DNA from: Candidatus Bilamarchaeum dharawalense | GTDB taxonomy: Archaea > Micrarchaeota > Micrarchaeia > Anstonellales > Bilamarchaeaceae | Reading direction: 5' to 3' | DNA: 64,000 nt | Assembly (NCBI GenBank): GCA_902386555.1 | Contig: CABMJJ010000009.1 | Coordinates: 245,525 to 309,524, forward strand | Part shown: one piece after another, positions 56,338 to 64,000 of the stretch | Numbering within the stretch: the stretch's first letter is position 1 | How the letters are laid out: every line of letters begins with the position of its first letter | Position numbers and translations under genes: made by a program | The notes under the pieces: model-generated | Seen by the model: the letters and a program-made list of their open reading frames with translations, nothing else | Told to the model about the DNA's origin: nothing | Database searches by the model: none

Positions 56338-57303
56338 ATGAAGGAATTGGATCTGCTTGACAGGCGTATAATGTATGAGTTAGACACCAATGCCAGGACA
56401 CCGGCTTCAGAAATAGCAAAAAAATTAAAAAAAAGCAAGGAAACGATTAATTTTCGAATAAATCGACTGATTGATGGTAGATACATCCGCTACTTTTATA
56501 CTGTTTACAATACCTCCAAGCTAGGCTGGTACCACCATAAGGTATATGTGAAATTCAAGAATATAACCCCGGAGAAAGAAAAGGAACTGTTCGAATATTT
56601 ACTGGCCCAGCCCTTTCTCTCCTATCTGGCCAGCGTAGAAGGATACTACGACTGTATTTTTCTAGTTATGGCCAGAGACTCCCAGGACATGGTTAATTTC
56701 CTCCATCCATTTGTTTCAAAATTCGGGGATTATATTCAACAGAAGGACTTGGTAATTTTTTTAACAACCCATCGCCTGAACAACCGGTTCCTCTACCCTG
56801 GGGAACGGGCAGATTACTGCTATCAAGTTCCTTTGGGACATTATAAACTAGACGAAACAGACCAAAAGATTTTAGCCATACTTTCAGACAACGCTAGGTT
56901 TCCGCTAACACAAATTGCAAAAAAACTAAAACTTGATCCGAAAACGGTCAAATACCGAATGAAAAAATTAGAAAAAGACAACATAATACTGGGATATGTC
57001 TCAGCTCCAGATTTCAACAAGCTTGGATTGCAGTTTGTACAGATTAACATGACATTTAAGGACCCGACCATAACTCAATCAGTAATAGAATATTTCAATT
57101 CCACCAATGGCTGTTTGTTTGCAATTGAACTCCTTGGGAAATATGATTTGCTTGTCGAGCTCCATGTGAAGAACAATGATGAACTCAGATCGATAGTAGA
57201 TGGATTTCGCAAGAAATTTGTTACGCAGGTTAACGATTATGATGTCCACACCATAAACAAGGAGTATACCATGGTCTGGGGACCGTTCTCAGAGAAAAGA
57301 TGA
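56338..57303 (+). CDS. tandem Lrp/AsnC family regulator
   Basis: LDLLDRRIMYELDTNAR and LDETDQKILAILSDNAR HTH units, GKYDLL. Confidence 0.9.
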   Translation: MKELDLLDRRIMYELDTNARTPASEIAKKLKKSKETINFRINRLIDGRYIRYFYTVYNTSKLGWYHHKVYVKFKNITPEKEKELFEYLLAQPFLSYLASVEGYYDCIFLVMARDSQDMVNFLHPFVSKFGDYIQQKDLVIFLTTHRLNNRFLYPGERADYCYQVPLGHYKLDETDQKILAILSDNARFPLTQIAKKLKLDPKTVKYRMKKLEKDNIILGYVSAPDFNKLGLQFVQINMTFKDPTITQSVIEYFNSTNGCLFAIELLGKYDLLVELHVKNNDELRSIVDGFRKKFVTQVNDYDVHTINKEYTMVWGPFSEKR

Positions 57304-57633
57304 CTATCTTTTAGCAGTAACTTTCTCAACAGCCAGATCCTCTGCCAATTCATGGATTAGTTTGTTATCCAGAACGATTAATTCCTGAACTATTGGGTTG
57401 GTAATATTTAATTTGAATAATTTTGCACGACCAAGTTGTCGCGTTGGTTTGACAATGCCGATTTTTACAAGATCTGGAAAGAAAGTGTGGATGGTACTCC
57501 ATGCCACGCCAGAATTCTCAGCAATCTCGGTAAGTGGATAATCAAATTCCCTATAGGTTATGAAAAAATCTATGACTCTCACAAGAGGGTAGTCGCCAAA
57601 TAATTTTACAAATGAGGATTTTTCTTCTTGCAT
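57304..57633 (-). CDS. small winged-HTH protein
   Basis: YPLTEIAENSGVAWST...TRQLGRAKLFKLN; leaderless ATG 30 nt after TATA. Confidence 0.75.
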   Translation of the reverse strand: MQEEKSSFVKLFGDYPLVRVIDFFITYREFDYPLTEIAENSGVAWSTIHTFFPDLVKIGIVKPTRQLGRAKLFKLNITNPIVQELIVLDNKLIHELAEDLAVEKVTAKR

Positions 57634-57704
57634 AAATTTATTGTGGGTAGTAATGTTTTTAAATTTGAGCTTGTAATTTAAATTTGCGAACATTGGGGGA
57701 TTGA

Positions 57705-57977
57705 ATGAACGACGTAAGGACAGCAGTACTGAGAAAACTTGCCAAACATGGATATTGGGGTAATCGACATACGGCATTCGAGAATCTCCATAAAGGATTT
57801 CCTAGTCATTTTGGCAACGAGGTCAAAAAAACTGCAACGAAGCTTATTAAGGAAAATTTTTTAATACCAAAACCAACTTCCTATGGGTTACATGTTTCGT
57901 TAAATCCAAGAATGAAGGAGATTATAGAAAAAATAATAGGTACTGCCGAGGGGCAGAATTCTGAAACTAAGAAATAA
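57705..57977 (+). CDS. small basic hypothetical protein (wHTH-like)
   Basis: WGNRHT...KLIKENFLIPKPTSYGLHVSLNP. Confidence 0.65.
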   Translation: MNDVRTAVLRKLAKHGYWGNRHTAFENLHKGFPSHFGNEVKKTATKLIKENFLIPKPTSYGLHVSLNPRMKEIIEKIIGTAEGQNSETKK

Positions 57978-58030
57978 AAATACAACCAGCTAAGATAGGT
58001 TTACAAAAAATAAGGTAGTGAGTGATAGGT

Positions 58031-58432
58031 ATGGTCAAATACGCATTCAACGAATTCGCCATAGAATGGCTTAAAGAACACAAATTTACAGAAGAAGAGA
58101 TAGATGATATTCAAAGCATCATGAATAAGTTAGAGGTACAGAAAAACAATGATGAAACCATTCAAAGACTCCTAAAGAATGCGATTCCTAAAGTTGATGC
58201 CATAGTTACACTCCTGGCTTCCATTACTGATGTAAATGGCAAACCAATATGTTTTGAAGATAATGGACTAATTGACATACCAGATGAGGCCAGAGAATAT
58301 TTTGAGCATGATCTTGAATTTGAAGAGCTGGATATTTTTGTAGATAAGATCAAAAAAGTCAAGTTTGCAAGACGATTTTCCTACCCAAAAAGGAGAAGCG
58401 AGAAAAAAGGGGATAGACACTCAACTGTCTAA
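58031..58432 (+). CDS. hypothetical acidic protein
   Basis: ORF with SD-like GTGA upstream; no motif. Confidence 0.55.
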   Translation: MVKYAFNEFAIEWLKEHKFTEEEIDDIQSIMNKLEVQKNNDETIQRLLKNAIPKVDAIVTLLASITDVNGKPICFEDNGLIDIPDEAREYFEHDLEFEELDIFVDKIKKVKFARRFSYPKRRSEKKGDRHSTV

Positions 58433-58708
58433 TCATCGGATGACTGAAAATTCTTTGGAGTTATTTTTTGGTTCAACCCAAGCAAATTCCAATTCTTTTA
58501 CATGTGCATTTTCTGGACCATGATAGCACCATTCAAGCAATTTTTCAAGACTCGACCTGCTTCCTTCGGCCAAAATTTCCACAGAACCATCTTTTTTGTT
58601 TGTTACCCAACCAACCAGATTGAGCTTGGATGCCATAGCCTGAGTATTTGCACGGAAGAAAACACCCTGAACAGCACCAAAAACTTGAATATGGATCGCA
58701 AAGACCAT
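58433..58708 (-). CDS. acyP: acylphosphatase
   Basis: GAVQGVFFR, GWVTNKKDGSVE, GPENAHV. Confidence 0.92.
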   Translation of the reverse strand: MVFAIHIQVFGAVQGVFFRANTQAMASKLNLVGWVTNKKDGSVEILAEGSRSSLEKLLEWCYHGPENAHVKELEFAWVEPKNNSKEFSVIR

Positions 58709-58780
58709 GGTTGAGATAAGGACGAAAAGTAATAAATAGCAAATAACCATACCTTTAAAACCATTTCCTGACACAATAAC

Positions 58781-59947
58781 ATGTTAATGACCGCTCCGAA
58801 TCAACTTCAGTTTAGACCAGAAAATGCCAGTTCTAAGGTACTCGGCAGGCTGATGGCTTGGAAAAATGGGTGGAAAACGTATCAACCATTGACAAGTGCC
58901 ACCAGAGCTGTTGCCATACCTGAAAAAGAGGTTCAAAGACCAAAACTTACTGATCCTAAAGAACAAGGCAAATGGAATTTGAAATTAATACAAGCGACAA
59001 CAACCAAAGAAGCAGAAGACGCTTTGACACATGGTGCGAATATTAACTGCTATGTAAAAAATGATTCTTTAGGTATAGACAGTGCTTCAGTTCTTATATT
59101 TGCAGTGATTGAAAAGAGATCAGAATTATTTGATTTCTATTTGACAGAGCCAGGAGTGGATATAGACAGAAAGGATAGTAACGGATTCAGTGCTGTCATG
59201 CGAGCAGAAGTCTTAGGACAAATTGAAATGGTAGCTAAGCTCAGGGCGAGGGGAGCTGGATATACTGAAGAAGACAAAAAAACAGTTTATGAATTGAAAC
59301 TGATTAGAGCTAAAACAGTTGAAGAAGCAAGAGATGCCTTAGCGCATGGTGCGGATATTAACTGTTATGTTCAGAAGGGGCAGGTACGAAGTGCTTCAGT
59401 TTTATTATTATCAGTAACTGAAAATAAATCAGAATTGTTCGATTTCTATGTGGAACAGCCAGGAATTGACATTAATAGAAAAGACAATTATGGATTTTCA
59501 GCTATAATGAGGGCAGACTTCTTAGGACAAATTGAAATGGTAGCTAAGCTCAGGGCAAAGGGTGCTGTTTACACTAAAGAAGATGAGAAAAAAGTCTGGG
59601 AGCTGAGACTGATTAGAGCTAAAACAGTTGAAGAAGCACGAGATGCCTTAGCGCATGGTGCTGATATTAACTGCGTTGCAGAGAATCCATCGATAAATGT
59701 ACGAGATGGATCGGTGTTGATATTTGCGGTTTTAGATAATAACCAAGAACTATTTGACTTTTATGTGGAACAGCCAGGGATTAACCTCCAAAAAAGAGCA
59801 ACAAATGGATGGAATGCATTGATGGATGCTGTCCACAGCAAACGCAAGAAAATGGAGAAAAAACTAAGAGAAAAAGGATGTACATTATCAGCTGATGAAG
59901 AAGACGCAGTACGGCAATTCAAAGCGTATACTCCGAAAAGACAGTGA
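58781..59947 (+). CDS. ankyrin repeat protein with N-terminal leader motif and three ~103-aa units
   Basis: LxHGADIN and DIxRKDxxGFSAxMRA repeats; DNA repeats with 309-nt period (59212/59521). Confidence 0.85.
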   Translation: MLMTAPNQLQFRPENASSKVLGRLMAWKNGWKTYQPLTSATRAVAIPEKEVQRPKLTDPKEQGKWNLKLIQATTTKEAEDALTHGANINCYVKNDSLGIDSASVLIFAVIEKRSELFDFYLTEPGVDIDRKDSNGFSAVMRAEVLGQIEMVAKLRARGAGYTEEDKKTVYELKLIRAKTVEEARDALAHGADINCYVQKGQVRSASVLLLSVTENKSELFDFYVEQPGIDINRKDNYGFSAIMRADFLGQIEMVAKLRAKGAVYTKEDEKKVWELRLIRAKTVEEARDALAHGADINCVAENPSINVRDGSVLIFAVLDNNQELFDFYVEQPGINLQKRATNGWNALMDAVHSKRKKMEKKLREKGCTLSADEEDAVRQFKAYTPKRQ

Positions 59948-60645
59948 GATTCATGATTGTCGAACAACCACGTAAGGTAATGCCAGCAGATGCTCAGATA
60001 GGGAGGATGGTGGCTCTTAGGAATGGATGGAGAGCTTACGAACCTATCCAATTGGTATCAAGAGCACCTGTTCAGACCAAAACAGAGACCACAAGAGAAG
60101 AATATGCAAGATGGCTTGCTGAAGAATTAAAGGATATTGCATCGTTACATGGAGATGTCTTAGGATCGGGTAGTGAAGCAGAAAATAGAACAAAACAACT
60201 GCTTCTTGATAAATTAAAAACAAGCATAGATAGAAAAGATGCGCAAGGGATGATCTCCGTATTACAAAAAATGTTACCCACACCAGTATTAGGTATGCGA
60301 TTTGGCGGTGATTTTTCACAAACAAGATTTGGAGCAGCCAGATTTTGTCTTGCAATAGAAACATTATACGAATTAGGAGAAAAACAACTAGCTAGAGAAT
60401 TCCTGAATGCATTGGCATCTGAATATAATTTTACTAGGCAGATAGGAAATACCGTCTATGGATGTGGATTGGTACATAAAGTTCCGGTAGCAGTTACTGC
60501 AATGAAAATAGGGGAAAGTTATGTGGCAAGAAAATGGTTGCAGCACCTGCTTAAAAAAGCTCCTGAAAAAAATGATCACGAATGGGAAACTTTGGGCTAT
60601 GCCATGGCTCTGGAATTGGGTAAAGAAGTCGGAATAAGAAAATAA
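59944..60645 (+). CDS. hypothetical helical protein with N-terminal leader motif
   Basis: Coupled to the ankyrin gene; IGRMVALRNGWRAYEPI near the N-terminus; the start may be ATG 59953. Confidence 0.7.
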   Translation: MRFMIVEQPRKVMPADAQIGRMVALRNGWRAYEPIQLVSRAPVQTKTETTREEYARWLAEELKDIASLHGDVLGSGSEAENRTKQLLLDKLKTSIDRKDAQGMISVLQKMLPTPVLGMRFGGDFSQTRFGAARFCLAIETLYELGEKQLAREFLNALASEYNFTRQIGNTVYGCGLVHKVPVAVTAMKIGESYVARKWLQHLLKKAPEKNDHEWETLGYAMALELGKEVGIRK

Positions 60646-60686
60646 AATTTTATAAAAAATTAAAAAAAGAGATTGGATCAGTCCAT

Positions 60687-60737
60687 ATCTTGAACGACGA
60701 ATCGTTCAAGAGAGTATTGAAACGCTATGCGTTTCAA
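60687..60737. repeat. double hairpin at the thermosome 3' end
   Basis: TCTTGAACGA-CGAA-TCGTTCAAGA and ATTGAAACGC-TAT-GCGTTTCAAT. Confidence 0.85.
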
Positions 60738-62383
60738 TCCATTCCCATGTCACCCATGCCGCCTGGACCACCTGGTGGCATTCCGCCTCTACCTCCTCTT
60801 GAACTGATTATATCATCAATTCTTAGGATTAGTCTTGCGGTTTCAGTTGCAGAGACAATGGCTTGTTTTTTGACCTTTGCTGGCTCAAATACGCCAGCTG
60901 CTTTTAGATCAGCAACTTTGCCATTAAGAACGTCAACTCCAACGGTTTTACCCGTTGCTTCTTTGTGTTTTGTTCTAAGGGCAACGATGGTATCGATAAC
61001 ATCCATACCTGCATTTTCTGCCAAAGCTCTTGGAATGGATTCCAATGCTTCTGCAAATGCCTGAATGGCAAGCTGTTCTCTGCCGCCGATGTGGGTTGCG
61101 TAGTTCTGGATTTCTTTGCTGATTTCCATTTCCACACTGCCACCACCAACAACGTATTTACCATCCTGCAATGCACTGGCAACTGCGCCACGGGCATCAA
61201 CAACTGCTCTTTCGACTTCACTGACAACATGGTCAGTTCCGCCGCGAACAAATACAGTAACGGATTTTGGATCTTTGCATTTTTCTACAAAAACCATTGC
61301 TTCGCCGGATATTTTTTTCTCTTCAACAAGACCAGCATGACCAAGGTCTGCTTCTTTAAGATCTTCAAGTGTTGAAGCAATAACAGCGCCAGTTGCACGA
61401 GCAAGTTTTTCCATATCGCTTTTTTTGACTCGTCTTATTGCAGTGATTCCTTTCTTTGCAAGGAAGTGCTGGACCAAATCATCGATGCCTTTTTGACAGA
61501 AGACAACATTTGTCTTGGCAGCTACGATTTTATCCACCATATCTCTCATCATTTTCTCTTCCTGGTGGAGGAATGCTTCCATCTTGTCCGGAGAGGTTAT
61601 TTCGATTTTGGCATCGGTTTCTGTTTTTTCGATTTCAAGCGCTGCATCCAGAAGAAGGATTTTGGCATCCTTAACACTCTTTGGCATACCTGCATGAACT
61701 ACTTCTTTGTCGACCAATACACCACGAATAAGTTCGGTATCAAGAACTTCTCCGCCTGCTTTCTTTTCGATTTTTATAAGATCAAGATCAACTGTTGTTT
61801 TACCGTTTTTTGTTTCAGCAACCTGCATGACTGCTTCAGACATTAGGACGGCTATTTTCTTCTTTTCATCATCATTTCCAATACCTTTTGATCCCATGGA
61901 AACAAGCGCAATTTTAACTAAAATTTCCTTGTCAGTTGGTAAAACTGGTTCGGATATTTTTGCAAGTGCTTCTTCTGCTTTCTTGGCAGAAAGTTCATAC
62001 CCCTTAATGATTACGGTTGGGTGTATGTTTTGATCTAAAAGTTCACCTGCCTTTCTGAGTAGATTACCAGCGATAACTACACTGGTGGTAGTACCATCAC
62101 CAACTTCCTTGTCCTGGGTTTTGGCAACTTCAACCATCAGCTTTGCAGCTGGATGATCAACATTCATTTCTTCAAGAACGGTTCTACCGTCGTTTGTTAT
62201 TACAATATCGCCCAAATCAGAAACAAGCATCTTGTCCATACCTTTTGGACCAAGGGTAGTCTTGATTATGTTGGCTACTGCATAGCCGATTGCAATGTTA
62301 ATTCTCATTGCATCTCTTCCAATAACTCTTTGAGCCCCTTCTGGGAGCACATAGGTTTGTTCGCCACTTACTTGTTTGCTCAT
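60734..62383 (-). CDS. ths: thermosome (group II chaperonin) subunit
   Basis: [43 protein letters not shown] tail. Confidence 0.97.
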   Translation of the reverse strand: MSKQVSGEQTYVLPEGAQRVIGRDAMRINIAIGYAVANIIKTTLGPKGMDKMLVSDLGDIVITNDGRTVLEEMNVDHPAAKLMVEVAKTQDKEVGDGTTTSVVIAGNLLRKAGELLDQNIHPTVIIKGYELSAKKAEEALAKISEPVLPTDKEILVKIALVSMGSKGIGNDDEKKKIAVLMSEAVMQVAETKNGKTTVDLDLIKIEKKAGGEVLDTELIRGVLVDKEVVHAGMPKSVKDAKILLLDAALEIEKTETDAKIEITSPDKMEAFLHQEEKMMRDMVDKIVAAKTNVVFCQKGIDDLVQHFLAKKGITAIRRVKKSDMEKLARATGAVIASTLEDLKEADLGHAGLVEEKKISGEAMVFVEKCKDPKSVTVFVRGGTDHVVSEVERAVVDARGAVASALQDGKYVVGGGSVEMEISKEIQNYATHIGGREQLAIQAFAEALESIPRALAENAGMDVIDTIVALRTKHKEATGKTVGVDVLNGKVADLKAAGVFEPAKVKKQAIVSATETARLILRIDDIISSRGGRGGMPPGGPGGMGDMGMD

Positions 62384-62615
62384 AGTTACACCTCATTAAA
62401 ATTCCCATTTTAATAAAGTAAAAATGCTACTGCATTTTTACACCTCTACACTGAGTATAGTTTTAGACTATCAAAATGAGTTGAGATGTGATATGTATCA
62501 AAAAAGTTTAAAAAACTAGCTAGTTTTGGATGTTGCACCAGTAGTGATGGGATTCGACTTAGGAATAAACAAAACCAAAGAACTAAAACCTTTTGAGTTA
62601 GAGTATACTTGTATC

Positions 62616-62642
62616 GGGGTGTGGGGTGTCCCCACAAGTGAA
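62616..62642 (+). repeat. dispersed GGGGT-GGGG-loop-CCCC element, copy in the srp54 leader
   Basis: GGGGTGTGGGGTGTCCCCACAAGTGAA, 5 nt before the ATG. Confidence 0.55.
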
Positions 62643-62647
62643 CAAAA

Positions 62648-63967
62648 ATGGATTTGGGTAAAAAACTTAGAGAAGCGCTAGCCAAGCTTACTAATCGTCC
62701 CTATGTTGACGAAGATGATGTAAGAGCGCTTATCAAGGATTTGCAAAGAGTTTTGATCTCCTCTGATGTCAACGTAAAGCTAGTTTTTGGATTATCGAAA
62801 AAAATTGAAGAAAGAGCACTCAAATCCAAGAAGATGGAGGCCCTGACACTCAAGGAACATGTTACCAAGATAGTATATGAAGAATTGGTTTCGTTGATGG
62901 GCCAGAGTTATACTCCACGGTTGGATAAACACAAAATTTTGATGTGTGGCCTTTATGGGAGTGGAAAAACCACTTCGTGCGCAAAACTGGCTCATTTTTA
63001 CAAAACCAGAGGATTGAGTGTTGGACTTATTGCAGCTGATACGGATAGACCCGCAGCTCAAGAACAATTGGAACAACTGTCCAAGCAGGTAGGTGCAGCC
63101 TATTACACTACCAAAGGAGAGAAGGTACCATCAAAAATTGTATTAGAAGCTCTGAAAAAAGCCAAAGAAGACGTGATAATAGTTGATTCTGCGGGTAGAA
63201 GTGGATTGGACGGAGCATTGGTTGAAGAATTACGAAATATTGCAGATGTTCTTAAGCCAGAAGAATGTTATTTGGTTATTAGTGCAGATATTGGTCAGGT
63301 TGCAGGAAAACAGGCAACAGAATTCAATGCAACAGTTCCACTTTCAGGGGTTTTTGTAACTAAAATGGATGGTTCTGGAAAGGGGGGCGGTGCACTCAGT
63401 TCGGTTGCCGCATCCAATGCAAAAATTTCTTTTGTAGGCATTGGAGAAAAACCAGGAGATATTGAAGTTTATAATTCTGAGAAATTCGTAGGTAGATTAT
63501 TGGGTGTTCCAGATATTGGGGCATTGATGGAAAAGATCAAAGAAATTTCAGAGGAAACCGACCTTAAAAAAATCGAAAGTGAAGAACTCACCATAGAATC
63601 TTTTTATGAACAGTTAAAGGCAGCCAAAAAATTAGGGCCGTTGAGCAGTGTTTTTTCCATGATCGGAGCTGTTGATGTGCCAAAGGAAATGGTCCAGCAA
63701 AGTGAAGGTAAATTGAAAAAATTTGAATCCATGATAAACTCCATGACAAAAGAGGAGAAAAAGGATGCTGCTTTGTTGAAAAATAATGCTGCCAGAATAG
63801 CAAGAATTGCAAGGGGAAGCGGCTCCAGTGAAAAAGAAGTTCGCGAATTTTTATCTCAGTTTGAGAAGATGGAAAAAATGATGAACATGTTCAAGAAAAA
63901 CCGCGGATTCCGTAAAAAAATGGAAAAAATGATGTCGGGAAAGCAGGGCTTTCCCGGAATGAAGTGA
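62648..63967 (+). CDS. srp54: signal recognition particle protein SRP54
   Basis: GLYGSGKTT, DTDRPAA, DSAGR, TKMDGSGKGGG, Met-rich M domain SMTKEE...RIARGSG. Confidence 0.97.
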   Translation: MDLGKKLREALAKLTNRPYVDEDDVRALIKDLQRVLISSDVNVKLVFGLSKKIEERALKSKKMEALTLKEHVTKIVYEELVSLMGQSYTPRLDKHKILMCGLYGSGKTTSCAKLAHFYKTRGLSVGLIAADTDRPAAQEQLEQLSKQVGAAYYTTKGEKVPSKIVLEALKKAKEDVIIVDSAGRSGLDGALVEELRNIADVLKPEECYLVISADIGQVAGKQATEFNATVPLSGVFVTKMDGSGKGGGALSSVAASNAKISFVGIGEKPGDIEVYNSEKFVGRLLGVPDIGALMEKIKEISEETDLKKIESEELTIESFYEQLKAAKKLGPLSSVFSMIGAVDVPKEMVQQSEGKLKKFESMINSMTKEEKKDAALLKNNAARIARIARGSGSSEKEVREFLSQFEKMEKMMNMFKKNRGFRKKMEKMMSGKQGFPGMK

Positions 63968-64000
63968 ACGTTGCGACGTTCACAACATGAAGGGCGGGAT

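Noticed and set aside
57304-57977. Divergent small-gene pair as a toxin-antitoxin module
   Set aside because: No recognisable toxin motif, and the genes are not co-oriented.
60734-60736. TGA + hairpin as selenocysteine or readthrough signal (also srp54)
   Set aside because: Both proteins are complete at the stop, in-frame readthrough gives nothing recognisable, and no Sec machinery is visible.
62384-62615. Possible ncRNA in the ths-srp54 spacer
   Set aside because: No C/D boxes, cloverleaf or SRP-RNA-like GC-rich structure; consistent with divergent promoters.

Overview
Archaeal chromosomal segment, AT-rich. The informational genes are archaeal: rpo7/spt4, thermosome, SRP54, ATP-dependent ligase, split GMP synthase subunit B, secF-secD, TATA-type promoters and an intron-containing tRNA-Ala. 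Gene content suggests a DPANN (Micrarchaeota-like) host, which is inference. Housekeeping genes are interleaved with much accessory material. Main observations: (1) A ~17 kb locus (30.4-49 kb) encodes ten paralogous Cys-rich repeat proteins built from strictly alternating A and B modules (7 A/B pairs, fused or split). It also has two Bat/HTH_10-type regulators, a HerA/VirD4-like ATPase and two PLP beta-family enzymes. An 18-bp box is shared by two convergent operons. (2) A gap-free 17-residue N-terminal motif (R-x-x-A-[YWL]-[KR]-x-G-x-x-x-[YA]-[EDQ]-P-[IL]) sits on four unrelated proteins (PP2C phosphatase, ankyrin protein, two unknowns) and is a candidate targeting leader for effector-like cargo. 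(3) A fixed-spacing TATA + CACAATAA promoter class occurs at accessory genes. (4) There are small dispersed hairpin elements, one resembling part of the tRNA-Ala intron. (5) A free-standing LAGLIDADG gene appears to have displaced the original 3' end of ino1. (6) A uORF/anti-SD switch candidate lies ahead of an aminotransferase. No rRNA, CRISPR array, transposase or reverse transcriptase was seen. All calls are by eye from motifs; no searches were run.
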